This document shows, one piece after another, positions 21,976 through 32,218 of a DNA stretch of 64,000 nt; the stretch's first letter is position 1; each line of letters opens with the position of its first letter. The stretch is taken from IMG/VR virus record IMGVR_UViG_3300046616_000314, positions 496,001-560,000 of that record. One strand, 5' to 3'. Both the position numbers and the translations under genes were made by a program. The notes beneath the pieces are model-generated. The model saw only the letters and a list, made by a program, of their open reading frames with translations. It searched no databases and was not told the origin of the DNA.

Positions 21976-23202
21976 ATGCTGAACCCTCTCATTTTTTTGC
22001 TGATCGGTATTCCGATTGCGATTTCGCTGCTGTTCTATGCTGCGCTGCGAATCTTCGCGCCCAATTCGGAATTCAAGATCACGCTTCCCGAACTGGGCGT
22101 TCAAGCCCTGGTGGGTACGCTCTGTATCGCCCTAGTTTGGTGCGTAGGCAATGCTAGCGCGCACTACGATACCGAAGTGCTCAATGGCGCCGTGGTCGCT
22201 AAGAAGCCCTGGACGTTCTCTTGTCCGATTAACACGAGCAATCCATGTCGTAATGGCTACGACTGTAATTGCGTACAAGTGCCGTATGATTGCAGCACGA
22301 CGACTACGGATTCCAAGGGCAATAGCGTCACTGTTCCCCAGACGTGCTATCGCACCGAATGCGATACTTGCTACAAGTACGACTGGGAACGTAACTGGTA
22401 TATCTATACCAATCTTCCTGGCGATAAATCTTACGAGATTGATCGAATTGACGCACAAGGCGCGGACGAACCTTCACGCTGGACCAAGACCCGCATCGGT
22501 GATGGTGCCAGCATCACTCACCGCTATAAGAACTGGGTCCGTGCATCCGCCGATTCCCTATTCCATGCGGATAAGGAAAAGGCTGAACGATACGCGCCGA
22601 TCATCGCCGAATATCCGACTGAGATTTACGACTACTACAAGGTGGATCGCGTCGCGGCTGCTAATTTCAAGTTTGCCAATGAGTATGCTTGGAATGAAGA
22701 AATCGGTCGCACTCTCGCGGTTGTTGGTCCGAAGCGTCAGATGAATTTGGTCGTTGTCATCGTCAATAACGTTGGGCGTGACTATGCCCCGGCTGTTCGT
22801 CGTAATTGGCAAGGGTTCAAGAAGAACGACGCCATTCTGTTCATCGGTCTGCACAATGGAACGATTGATTGGGCAGAGTCTATGTCTTGGTCCAAGAATG
22901 CTCTGTTTGACGTACAGATGCGTAATCTTGTGATCGATTACGAAGGAAAGAACATCAATTCGGTTGACCCGGTTGAATTCTTTGGTAAGGTGCGTACGAT
23001 TTCGGAGACGCAGTATGTGCGTCGCCCGATGAAAGAGTTTGAGTATCTGAAGGGCAACATTCCGCCCCCGAAGGGTCTTGTGATTACTGCGGTAATCCTG
23101 GGTATCCTCTTGGGTATCGGAACCAGCTACCTATTCTATCGGATTGATCTGATGGCATTGTTTACTGGTCGTTACTCTTCTTCTCCGCGTTATCGCTATT
23201 AA
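21976..23202 (+). CDS. Membrane protein with Cys-rich insert and TPM-like periplasmic domain
   Basis: Two N-terminal TMs, C-terminal TM, GFKKNDAILFIG segment. Confidence 0.6.
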   Translation: MLNPLIFLLIGIPIAISLLFYAALRIFAPNSEFKITLPELGVQALVGTLCIALVWCVGNASAHYDTEVLNGAVVAKKPWTFSCPINTSNPCRNGYDCNCVQVPYDCSTTTTDSKGNSVTVPQTCYRTECDTCYKYDWERNWYIYTNLPGDKSYEIDRIDAQGADEPSRWTKTRIGDGASITHRYKNWVRASADSLFHADKEKAERYAPIIAEYPTEIYDYYKVDRVAAANFKFANEYAWNEEIGRTLAVVGPKRQMNLVVVIVNNVGRDYAPAVRRNWQGFKKNDAILFIGLHNGTIDWAESMSWSKNALFDVQMRNLVIDYEGKNINSVDPVEFFGKVRTISETQYVRRPMKEFEYLKGNIPPPKGLVITAVILGILLGIGTSYLFYRIDLMALFTGRYSSSPRYRY

Positions 23203-23227
23203 TTTCAACAGACAAAAGGGTTAAAAC

Positions 23228-23812
23228 ATGAGCAAGGGTTCGGGTATTGGTGGTCTGGCTGTCGCTGGGATCATCGCCGCTGTCGTCGTGGCTTTCGGTG
23301 TGTTCGGCTTCGTTCAGTACGCCAACACCGTCGCCTATGGTACGCGCACGGAAGCGGGCATCGAGGCAACGTGGCAGAACAACACGAACATCCTCGGCAC
23401 GTACACCACCAAGATCAGCGAAATGGCGCAAGTTCCGAGCATGGCTCGCAACGACCTGACCAAGGTTCTGAAGGCGGCGTTCGGTGATCAAGGTCGCGCG
23501 GGCTCGCAAGCCGCCGTGCAGTTCGTTCGCGAAGCCTATCCGGGTACGATGGATGCGACGCTGTATCGTCGTCTCCAAGAGACCATGGAAGCCGGTCGTA
23601 ACGAATTCCGCGACAACCAAACCAAGCTGATCGACCAAAAGCGCGACTACGAAGTTTCGCTGGGCACGGTCTGGACCGGCGGTTGGCTGAAGATGGCTGG
23701 CTTCCCGCGCAAGGACATGACGAAGTTCAATATCGTCACGTCTTCGTCCGCCCAAGAATCGTTCCGTACGGGCGTCGATAACGGCGTCAAGCTGCCGGGC
23801 GCCGACAACTAA
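23228..23812 (+). CDS. LemA-like membrane-anchored coiled-coil protein
   Basis: N-terminal TM; EAGRNEFRDNQTKLID...Y...W.KMAGFP resembles LemA. Confidence 0.55.
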   Translation: MSKGSGIGGLAVAGIIAAVVVAFGVFGFVQYANTVAYGTRTEAGIEATWQNNTNILGTYTTKISEMAQVPSMARNDLTKVLKAAFGDQGRAGSQAAVQFVREAYPGTMDATLYRRLQETMEAGRNEFRDNQTKLIDQKRDYEVSLGTVWTGGWLKMAGFPRKDMTKFNIVTSSSAQESFRTGVDNGVKLPGADN

Positions 23813-23872
23813 GACCGCGAATGCGCCGGGGGAAAACCCGGCGTCTTTCCCATCAAATCAAACGAGGAAAAC

Positions 23873-24139
23873 ATGACCGGTCTAGAAACTGCTGACAAGG
23901 TTATCGCTGACATTCTCGCCCACGGTGGCAAGGACTATTCGGCGGCTCGCCAGGAAATCGCCGATTTGTTCGATGAAACCCTCTGGAATGGAAACTGGGA
24001 CGCTACGACCGATTTCAACCCCGGTCTTCCCAATCTCCGGTTCATCCAAGAGGACGAATACGATCAGCACATGGACGATGAGCGTCCCTCCAAGAAGATG
24101 ATCTGCTATTCGTGTGGTCACTACGTCTTCCCGGCGTAA
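23873..24139 (+). CDS. Hypothetical protein
   Basis: GAGG RBS; C-terminal CYSC. Confidence 0.7.
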   Translation: MTGLETADKVIADILAHGGKDYSAARQEIADLFDETLWNGNWDATTDFNPGLPNLRFIQEDEYDQHMDDERPSKKMICYSCGHYVFPA

Positions 24140-24161
24140 AGCAAACCACCTAGCGACAAAG

Positions 24162-24191
24162 GAAAGCCAGGGCGAAAGCTCTGGCTTTTTT
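24162..24191 (+). terminator. Rho-independent terminator
   Basis: AAAGCCAGGGC-GAAA-GCTCTGGCTTTTTT. Confidence 0.85.
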
Positions 24192-24230
24192 GCATTCAAC
24201 AATCATAAATAATCTGTGTGGAATTTATGA

Positions 24231-24578
24231 TTGGCTCCAATGGGTGTTCTGAATAATATTTTTAAAAAGAAAACAGCAAAGCCGCCATTGCCGATGCGAA
24301 TCATCAGTAATACAGCGGACAAGGCTATCGTAAAGATTGGTGAAACGATCTACGATATGTCTCGTCGTGTAACGTTGGTGTCGCGTCGAAGTGCTCAATT
24401 CACTAGTGAAGACGATTGGGTGGCTACCTCTCGCGCAACTGGCAAACAGTTTGATACCGGTACAGGCTCAATTCACGAGGCTCTGAAGAAGCTACACGAT
24501 TATTGCAATAGCCTTCAAGAGAGTGAAATCCCTTCCATCTTTGATTTTGTTTGCGAAGCTCCTCAAATTAATATTTGA
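24231..24578 (+). CDS. Hypothetical protein
   Basis: ATAAATA at 24205; start may be ATG 24240. Confidence 0.55.
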   Translation: MAPMGVLNNIFKKKTAKPPLPMRIISNTADKAIVKIGETIYDMSRRVTLVSRRSAQFTSEDDWVATSRATGKQFDTGTGSIHEALKKLHDYCNSLQESEIPSIFDFVCEAPQINI

Positions 24579-24675
24579 CAAGAATCTCGTAATCTCGTAT
24601 AAGTACATTATCGACTGACTATCAAGACCATTCCTCTTATCTGGCAATTGCATTTGCACGGAGAGGAATAGAACT

Positions 24676-25044
24676 ATGTTCGAAGGTTTTGAGAATAAAG
24701 AAGATGTGTGTAGCCAATTCAACATTGGTGATTTTGACGGCGTTATTGTACTCGCCATCTATGATCAGGGAAGCTACGACGGCACTGCCGAAGTAATCTA
24801 TGTTCATGGGGGTAAGTTCTACATGGCGTCAGGATCGCATTGTTCGTGTTATGGTTTGGAAGATCAATGGAACCCGGTAGAAATGCCGGTCGAAGGGATC
24901 GAAAAAATCATCGCGGGCGGTGGGCTGCTAAGCGGCTACAAGGATTGGCTATTGAAAGTGATCGCGGCATATGAGCGATTGGACTTATTCAATGCGTCTT
25001 CGGACGAGGTTGATGTAGCCCTGAAATTCATCGTGAACACTTAA
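24676..25044 (+). CDS. Conserved phage hypothetical protein
   Basis: GSHCSCYGLEDQW motif; GAGG RBS. Confidence 0.75.
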   Translation: MFEGFENKEDVCSQFNIGDFDGVIVLAIYDQGSYDGTAEVIYVHGGKFYMASGSHCSCYGLEDQWNPVEMPVEGIEKIIAGGGLLSGYKDWLLKVIAAYERLDLFNASSDEVDVALKFIVNT

Positions 25045-25101
25045 TCCAGGGGTTGGACCCCACAACAAGGCTCGCATGATCTTCGGATTGTGCGAGCCCT
25101 T

Positions 25102-25296
25102 TCAGGTCTCCAAAAATTTCTTAAGCTGATACCAGACGAGCACGGGAACAGTGTGTCCGCCGTCTACTGGTTCTAGTAAATTCATTTCAACAAGCTGTTC
25201 AACGATGTCAGCGTCATGCGTAGACGACTGTTCACCGTTAGCAATAGCCGTCAAAACGGCTAGTTGGGCTTTATTGCAATTCTCAAAGCGTTTCAT
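25102..25296 (-). CDS. Hypothetical small protein
   Basis: GGAG RBS before MKRF. Confidence 0.55.
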   Translation of the reverse strand: MKRFENCNKAQLAVLTAIANGEQSSTHDADIVEQLVEMNLLEPVDGGHTVPVLVWYQLKKFLET

Positions 25297-25362
25297 GTTT
25301 AAGACTCCTGTCAGGTTATATAAATAACACATAATGTAAAGCTGTCAAGAGGAATAATTTAC

Positions 25363-27147
25363 ATGCGTCTTCGCGAATTCCAAGGTGAGAGCCCACGTAC
25401 TATCGATGCTGTTGCACAAGCCCTTCAGGGCGGCGGTTTGGGAACCCTGCAACGTCTAGGTGGTAAAACTCGGGTTTACGATGTCACCGACCACGCCCAA
25501 AAGGCTGCTATTTTTGCTATTGCCGGTACACTCTCGGCGGTTGCTTTGGCTTACACCGCCGATATGGGCGATGTTGGCGTAACCACGATTTATTATTGGA
25601 AAACATTTGATTTCTATCGTGATCCTGACTACCAACTAGATTTGCCGATTCGCGGAAATCTTTATGACATGGTTGAGACCATTGTCGATGCGATTAAGCA
25701 TCCGCAAATGGGTAACATCCCAGTTGAAGAAGAAATCCATGAAGATCGTGAATTGACCGAAGCTCGTCGTTCTACTGAAGATGAATTTATTGGTATGGTT
25801 CGCAACGCTACGGATATCAATCCGGCGTATGTTACCTGGGTTGAATTGGACAAGGTTGCTAAGGCAAACGACGTTCAAATTCCGGGTAGCATTCGTTTCA
25901 ATAAAGCGTTGAAAGTCGATTCGCACCACTGGAACCTGTCGGGTGGTGATGCATCGAACGTCGAAAAGGATAATGCTAAATTGGGCGACACCTTGGGTGG
26001 TCCTATCGAGCAACCCGAAAACGACGATCCCGAATTCCAAAACATGCTGCAACTGGCGAAGGTCAAGAGCCTGAAGCCCTTGGCGGCAAAGGGTCGTTTG
26101 CACTTGACCGGTCGTAAGCCGAACGGCGCCTTCTTCAAGGTTCCGGGTGTTGAACTGGTTCTGGCTCAACTTGAGCGCATGTTGTCCAATCAGCTTCAAG
26201 GTGCTGGCGAACAGAACATGCAAGAACAGTACGAGCAACTTCACGACAAGGTGAAGCTGGTCGCTGGTGGACAATCAAACTTTATTAAGTCTCTTTTGAT
26301 TATGGGTGCGCCGTCTTCGGGTAAGACTTTCACCGTCATGAAGACCATTAAAGAATTGGGTCTAGTTGAAGGCAAGGACTACGTTGTCAAGAAGGGTCGT
26401 ATTACGACTGTTGCGATGTATCGTACTCTGATTGAGCAAGTCAACGGCATGGTCATCTTCGATGACTGCGATAGCGTCGTTGATGACAAGAACGCTGTTA
26501 ACATGCTGAAGGGTGCGTTGGATACTGACCCGGTTCGTGAAATTTCTTACGATACCGCTCGTACCATGAACACCGCTGCAATGGAGGCAGGAGACCGTGA
26601 TGAGGTAGTTGACGCTATCTCTCGTATCCTGCGCAACAAGCCCGCTCCTGGCGATCTGGAACGCTTTGAGCACCTACTGAAGGCTAAAAAGAAAGCCCGC
26701 CCTGGTCGCGACGATCAAGAAGACATGATTGACGATACCGATGACGAAGATTACGGCGACGATTTGGAAGGCGATGAAAACGCCGAAAAGCTTGGCGAAA
26801 TTCAATCGCTGCTGATGAAGCGTCTACCGAACAAGATCGACTTTAAGGGTCGCGTGATCTTCATTTCGAACATGGACGAATCTGAATGGGATGGTGCTAT
26901 CATCACCCGTGCTTTCACCATCAACATGAACTTCACTTCTTCGGAAATGCTGGACTACATCGACAAGGTTAAGTCACACATTAAGACTCCTGGCTTGAGC
27001 GAAGAAGACAAGCAAGAAGTTATGGATTATCTGCGCGCTCTGTGGACTTCGGGTAAACTGAAGCGTGATGTCAACTTCCGTCTTGTTCAGCAAGCATTCG
27101 ATTTGCGCCTGACCGACAACTGGAAAAAGATGCTGGCAATGCTGTAA
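25363..27147 (+). CDS. AAA+ ATPase domain protein
   Basis: Walker A GAPSSGKT, Walker B VIFDDCD, sensor-like FISN. Confidence 0.85.
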   Translation: MRLREFQGESPRTIDAVAQALQGGGLGTLQRLGGKTRVYDVTDHAQKAAIFAIAGTLSAVALAYTADMGDVGVTTIYYWKTFDFYRDPDYQLDLPIRGNLYDMVETIVDAIKHPQMGNIPVEEEIHEDRELTEARRSTEDEFIGMVRNATDINPAYVTWVELDKVAKANDVQIPGSIRFNKALKVDSHHWNLSGGDASNVEKDNAKLGDTLGGPIEQPENDDPEFQNMLQLAKVKSLKPLAAKGRLHLTGRKPNGAFFKVPGVELVLAQLERMLSNQLQGAGEQNMQEQYEQLHDKVKLVAGGQSNFIKSLLIMGAPSSGKTFTVMKTIKELGLVEGKDYVVKKGRITTVAMYRTLIEQVNGMVIFDDCDSVVDDKNAVNMLKGALDTDPVREISYDTARTMNTAAMEAGDRDEVVDAISRILRNKPAPGDLERFEHLLKAKKKARPGRDDQEDMIDDTDDEDYGDDLEGDENAEKLGEIQSLLMKRLPNKIDFKGRVIFISNMDESEWDGAIITRAFTINMNFTSSEMLDYIDKVKSHIKTPGLSEEDKQEVMDYLRALWTSGKLKRDVNFRLVQQAFDLRLTDNWKKMLAML

Positions 27148-27171
27148 AAGCATTAACATTTCAATACTTTA

Positions 27172-27203
27172 AAGGGGATGCTGTAACGGCATCCCCTTTT
27201 TTG
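27172..27203 (+). terminator. Rho-independent terminator
   Basis: AAAGGGGATGC-TGTAACG-GCATCCCCTTTTTT. Confidence 0.85.
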
Positions 27204-27262
27204 TTATAAATAACTATACTTAACTGATTAGGATCATTGCTAAAGCAATATTCAACATAATT

Positions 27263-28870
27263 ATGGCAAAAAGTTCAGCCTCCGACGTTACCAAAAAAGC
27301 AAATATCGATGATGAGTTTACGGATCAAAATCTAATTGATCTTACTCGTTGTTTCGAAGACCCGGTTTATTTCATCGATAATTTCATGAAAGTCCAACAC
27401 GCAACCAAGGGGTCTATCCCTTTGAAAATGTGGGACTATCAATATGAAATGGTCAAGGCGTTCCACGAAAATCGTTACGTGGTGGCTCTGACTGGTCGCC
27501 AGCTTGGTAAGACGACTATCGCGGCGGCGTACCTTCTTTGGAAGGCGATGTTCACGCCCGACACTACGATTCTGATCGCGGCGAACACCTACAACCAAGC
27601 CTTGGAAATTATGGACCGTATTCGCTACGGTTATGAAAATCTTCCAAATTTTATTCGTGCTGGTCAAACCGAATACAACAAGGGCACGATTGCTTTTGAC
27701 AACGGTTCTAAGATCATCAGCCGCGCCACGTCGCCGAACGCCGGTCGTGGTCTTTCGGTCTCGGTTCTGTATCTGGACGAATTTGCATTCGTTGCGCCGA
27801 ACATCGGTCGCGATTTCTGGACTGCTATGCTTCCCGTTCTGTCAACGGGTGGTTCGTGTATCATCACGTCAACGCCAAAGTCCGACGAAGACCAATTCGC
27901 TGAAATTTATAAAAATGCTCTGAACAACACTGACGAGTATGGCAATCCGCTGCCAGGGAAAGTGGGTAAGAATGGTTTCTTCCCCATCACCTTCAAATGG
28001 GATGTTCACCCGGATCGGGATGAAGCATGGGAAACTGAATATCGCTCTAAGCTTGGTGACGCTAAGTTCCGCCAAGAAATGTGCTGCGAATTCGTTACCG
28101 ACGATGAAACCTTGATCAACGGTGTTAAGCTGTCGATGCTGAAAGGCATTGATCCAGATTTCTACACACAAACGGTTCGATGGTACAAAGAGCCGGAAGC
28201 CAATAAAACTTATTGCGTTGCTCTTGATCCAAGCCTTGGAACCGGGGGTGACTATGCGGCTATTCAGGTATTCGAACTTCCTGAAATGATTCAGGTCGCC
28301 GAGTGGCAGAATAATAACACCGTGGCTATGGGTCAGGTTCGTATTCTCATGCGAATCCTTATGTACATAGAACAGACCATGATGGAGAGCGGCAAGCAAG
28401 CCGGTGAGCCTGACATTTTCTGGACCGTGGAAAACAACACTATTGGTGAGGCTGTTCTTCAGATCATTGAAGATACTGGTGAAGAACGTTTCCCCGGTAT
28501 TTTTGTGACCGAAAAACGTCGTAAGGGTCAAGGCAAGCGCGTTCGTAAGGGTATGAACACGGACAACAAAAAGAAGTTGTCGGGCTGCGTTCGTCTCAAA
28601 AGCCTTATCGAAACTGATCGTATGGTGATCAATAGTAATCAGCTAATCAAGGAACTGAAATTTTTCGTGGCTTCTGGTGCATCTTTCAAAGCCAAATCAG
28701 GCGAACACGACGACTTGGTTATGGCTACGTGTCTAGTGGTACGAATGCTAGATGTTGTGTTGAATTGGTCCAACGCTATTGGTGATTTGAAAGAACATAT
28801 CTCGGACGATCAACTTTTTGATGATGCTGACGGCGAAGATATGGATGCGGGAATGCCAGTAGTCATTTAA
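27263..28870 (+). CDS. Terminase large subunit (T4 gp17-like)
   Basis: GRQLGKTT Walker A, LYLDEFAF Walker B, IITSTP, ALDPSLGTGGDY, HDDLVMA; TATAAATA at 27205. Confidence 0.95.
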   Translation: MAKSSASDVTKKANIDDEFTDQNLIDLTRCFEDPVYFIDNFMKVQHATKGSIPLKMWDYQYEMVKAFHENRYVVALTGRQLGKTTIAAAYLLWKAMFTPDTTILIAANTYNQALEIMDRIRYGYENLPNFIRAGQTEYNKGTIAFDNGSKIISRATSPNAGRGLSVSVLYLDEFAFVAPNIGRDFWTAMLPVLSTGGSCIITSTPKSDEDQFAEIYKNALNNTDEYGNPLPGKVGKNGFFPITFKWDVHPDRDEAWETEYRSKLGDAKFRQEMCCEFVTDDETLINGVKLSMLKGIDPDFYTQTVRWYKEPEANKTYCVALDPSLGTGGDYAAIQVFELPEMIQVAEWQNNNTVAMGQVRILMRILMYIEQTMMESGKQAGEPDIFWTVENNTIGEAVLQIIEDTGEERFPGIFVTEKRRKGQGKRVRKGMNTDNKKKLSGCVRLKSLIETDRMVINSNQLIKELKFFVASGASFKAKSGEHDDLVMATCLVVRMLDVVLNWSNAIGDLKEHISDDQLFDDADGEDMDAGMPVVI

Positions 28871-28883
28871 TTGAATATTGTAG

Positions 28884-28911
28884 TTGACAGTTCTCTAGAA
28901 GGTGATATCTT
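28884..28911 (+). promoter_or_regulatory. Sigma70-like promoter, twin of 42064
   Basis: TTGACAG...GGT.ATATCTTACATA. Confidence 0.65.
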
Positions 28912-28945
28912 ACATATAGAGATTGACCCCAACGGAGACGACCTT

Positions 28946-29617
28946 ATGGCTTTCGCCAACGCCAAGACCATCGCCAAGCCGGAAACCAAGGCTAAGAAGG
29001 CTGAAGCTCCCGTTGTGCAAATCGTCGGCGTTGAAGAACACGCCGCTCTGGATGCCGTCATCAAGTCGCTGCTGGCTCTGCAATCGTCGCTCGCCGAAGA
29101 AATCAAGGCTGATGGCGCCGAGCATTTCATCGAAGCTGGTTGCGCTCTGAAGAAGGCGCCGCCGAACTTCCGCGCCATCGAAGGCACTGCCTCTTCGTCG
29201 CTGGAACTGAAGAAGCGTTCTTCGGCTTCGCACCTGACCGAAACCGACGTTGAGCTTCTGAAGGAAGCCGGTATTTCGATCAAGGAAAAGATCGTCACCG
29301 TTGGTACCTACGTCATCAACCCCGCCTACAAGGATGACGTGGAACTGCTGGAAAAGGTCGAATCGGCTCTGTCGGGCGTCGAAGGCATTCCCGAAGATTT
29401 CATGATGATCCAAGAAGAAGACAAGAAGTTCGTCACCACCGAAGAATCGCTGGACGAACTGTTCACCAAGGACCCGGCTGTTGTTGCCGATCTGATCAGC
29501 ATCGTGGGTACCATGGCTCTGAAGCCGACCCTCACCATCAGCGATATCGCTCACGCCCACGGCATCGTTTCGAAGCTGGTGGACAAGCAATTGAAGGCTT
29601 CGAAGGAAGCCAAGTAA
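28946..29617 (+). CDS. Hypothetical protein, probably early
   Basis: GGAG RBS before ATG 28946; strongly biased codons. Confidence 0.75.
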   Translation: MAFANAKTIAKPETKAKKAEAPVVQIVGVEEHAALDAVIKSLLALQSSLAEEIKADGAEHFIEAGCALKKAPPNFRAIEGTASSSLELKKRSSASHLTETDVELLKEAGISIKEKIVTVGTYVINPAYKDDVELLEKVESALSGVEGIPEDFMMIQEEDKKFVTTEESLDELFTKDPAVVADLISIVGTMALKPTLTISDIAHAHGIVSKLVDKQLKASKEAK

Positions 29618-29684
29618 CGTCGGTATCCCGACAGAGCCTCTAACATAAATAGCCTCTGAGACCCTTTCTCGGAGGCTATTTTTT

Positions 29685-30998
29685 ATGTCGTATAATCTTG
29701 GTTATTGGGATGATGCCAGAGGCAGTCGCTTCCGTAGCTATGCCATCGGTGGCAAAGCCGGTCCCGTAATTTATCAGGGTGCAAATTCCCCTGTTCAACC
29801 CGATGTCGCCAAGTCTGGTGACTTGTGGATTCAAACCGGAGTTACCCCAACCCTTCAACAATACGTTGATGGTGAGTGGACAATTCTCGGTGCTGGCGCC
29901 GGGGGCACTGGTCCTCAAGGTCCCGCCGGTCCCGCTGGTGCAAATGGCATCGCAGGCGCGGACGGTGCAGATGGTATCGACGGCGTAAGCGTCTCGAATG
30001 CTGTTGTGAACGGTTCGGGAAATTTAATTCTCACTCTATCCGATAACTCGGTAATTACAGCCGGTTCGGTTTATCCAACCGCCGCCGATACCGCTGTTCT
30101 TTACGTATCTAAGTTCACTGGTTTCTCTGGGGCTCCCAATGGTTCGGCATCGAAGCCTTTCCCGAACCCGCAAGCCGCACACGATTGGGCACTTGCAAAC
30201 ATTTCTAATGCGGCGGCTCTGGTCATTCGCATCAACCCTGGTAGCTATCCCGAAGCCCTGACCATTAGCCGCGCAAAAACATTTGTTCGCGGTTATAATG
30301 GTAAGCAAGCCGCAACAGGTCTATCGGGCGGTGTAACAGTTAACATGGCAAACGCCACGGGCGATTGGACTACTCATCGCTGTAGCGTTGAAGAAGTTCA
30401 AGTTACCAATCTTTCGGGCGGAACTATTTTCGCCGTCACGGGCGCCAGCCCGGTTGGTCTGTATATCAATAAAGTAAAATTGTTTTCGGAAACTCCTTCA
30501 CAAATTTGTTTCCTGGCAAACAACACGGTCGCTGCTGGCGTTCGTCTTGAAATCGATGACTGTGATTTCCAAAGCCAAGCCAACGCGGTTGTTGCCGATT
30601 TCTCTAACGTTGCTGCTGGATCGACATATAAGCGTATCCTCACGGAATCCGGTACTGCCCCCGCTATGCGTTTCCGTTCGGGTTACATGACGTGTAGTGA
30701 CCTGTTCATTGGTTCAACCGGAAGCAACGCGGTTATTCAAATTGATGCTGGCACATTGAATATGTCTGGTTCGATTGTGTACAACAATGCTCCTAACACT
30801 GATGGTGTTGTCTTGGCAACTGGTGCGCAATATTTCACTTCGGGTACATTCTACAATGTTCCGACCGGAAGTGGTTTTGTTATTCGAGCCGCTGCGGGTA
30901 GTTCTGTCTATTATTCGTCAACAACATTCCAAGCTAATACTAAAATTTCTTCGAACGCGACCGTAGTTGCTCTGCCAACTACTTTCACACCGGCATAA
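29685..30998 (+). CDS. Virion fibre-like protein with short collagen repeat and beta-helix-like C-terminus
   Basis: GPQGPAGPAGANG repeat; late motif at 29645. Confidence 0.7.
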   Translation: MSYNLGYWDDARGSRFRSYAIGGKAGPVIYQGANSPVQPDVAKSGDLWIQTGVTPTLQQYVDGEWTILGAGAGGTGPQGPAGPAGANGIAGADGADGIDGVSVSNAVVNGSGNLILTLSDNSVITAGSVYPTAADTAVLYVSKFTGFSGAPNGSASKPFPNPQAAHDWALANISNAAALVIRINPGSYPEALTISRAKTFVRGYNGKQAATGLSGGVTVNMANATGDWTTHRCSVEEVQVTNLSGGTIFAVTGASPVGLYINKVKLFSETPSQICFLANNTVAAGVRLEIDDCDFQSQANAVVADFSNVAAGSTYKRILTESGTAPAMRFRSGYMTCSDLFIGSTGSNAVIQIDAGTLNMSGSIVYNNAPNTDGVVLATGAQYFTSGTFYNVPTGSGFVIRAAAGSSVYYSSTTFQANTKISSNATVVALPTTFTPA

Positions 30999-31064
30999 TA
31001 ACACTTGACTTAAACGTATAATGGGGTAATCTAAGCTTCTCTTTTGAAGCATGGATTACCCTTT

Positions 31065-31694
31065 ATGCGTTTTGATGCTTGGTCCTATCTGTATCCTCCG
31101 CGCCCCGACAAGGCGATCTCGCCTTCGTTTGCGAGCTTTTATGAGGATCGCGGATACGTGGCGCAAGTCAAGATGAACGGGACATGCAACATGATTTCGG
31201 TTTCACCGGAAAAGAAACTGGTCACGATGAACCGCCACAATGAGCCCCATCGCCTGTGGATGCCATCGGTAAAATCGTCGGCGGCTTTTGAAGCTCTGCC
31301 CGGTCCCGGTTGGTACGTGTTCGTCGCCGAACTGATGCATTCGAAGGTCACGGGTTTCCAGCGTGACACGAATTATATCCATGACGTACTGGTTGCCGAT
31401 GGAGAATATCTGGTCGGACAAACCTGGGCTGAACGTCAAGAAGTTCTAGCCGGGCTGTTTGAAACCACGGACACCGGATCGCTTAGCCATCTGGTGATTA
31501 ACGAGAATACGTGGCTTGCCCGCAATCATTTCACCGGTTTCGACAAGCTCTATGCTGATGTCCAGCCGCACACCGAAATGGAAGGCTTGGTGTTCAAGAA
31601 CCAGAAAGCGAAACTCGCCCTATGTTCGCGCGAGAACGCCAACAATTCCTGGCAAGTGAAGTGCCGCAAGGGCGGCAAGAACTACACTAGCTAG
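31065..31694 (+). CDS. ATP-dependent ligase-type nucleotidyltransferase domain only
   Basis: AQVKMNG (motif I variant), AELM, YIHDVL, EGLVFK, WQVKCR; about 209 aa, no OB domain. Confidence 0.7.
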   Translation: MRFDAWSYLYPPRPDKAISPSFASFYEDRGYVAQVKMNGTCNMISVSPEKKLVTMNRHNEPHRLWMPSVKSSAAFEALPGPGWYVFVAELMHSKVTGFQRDTNYIHDVLVADGEYLVGQTWAERQEVLAGLFETTDTGSLSHLVINENTWLARNHFTGFDKLYADVQPHTEMEGLVFKNQKAKLALCSRENANNSWQVKCRKGGKNYTS

Positions 31695-32194
31695 ACACCG
31701 TACTTCAGTTTGTAAGCGGTTCGTGCTTCTTCGTTATTGAAGAAGATGATGGATGATTTTGCCAATTCAAAGTAGTCCCATTCGTCATCTGCGAATGTAG
31801 AACCGCACCAGTGAAAAACTTCCAAGTTTTTAGTATCGACAAACACTGGGTCTTTGTCTTTTAGAAAATAGGCGGCGATGTCCGCCAGTTCTCCCATAAA
31901 CTTGCCTTGTTCATTATTGAAAGTCGCAAGACTTTCGGCGAACACGATGCATTCATCAGCGATTTCGCTGATCGCACTTTTTGTAGTTTTTTCAATTGTG
32001 TCCCAATTGATATGACCTTCGTCATCGACATTTTGATCAATTATCGAAGTAATGTCATCGGTTATGTGCCCGATAGCCCGACTCAATGATTTGTTATTGA
32101 AGTTTGCAACCGAATCCGGTTCGTCCGCTTTGAATTGACGGAGGATTTCATCTTTCAGCCACATAGGTCTTCTCTCAGATTGGAATAAATACAT
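31691..32194 (-). CDS. LKW-family protein with extended N-terminus
   Basis: WC...FFNNEEARTAYKLKYG; start uncertain (32194 or 32164). Confidence 0.6.
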   Translation of the reverse strand: MYLFQSERRPMWLKDEILRQFKADEPDSVANFNNKSLSRAIGHITDDITSIIDQNVDDEGHINWDTIEKTTKSAISEIADECIVFAESLATFNNEQGKFMGELADIAAYFLKDKDPVFVDTKNLEVFHWCGSTFADDEWDYFELAKSSIIFFNNEEARTAYKLKYGV

Positions 32195-32218
32195 ACTATA
32201 GATATTTGGGAGAGCCAA

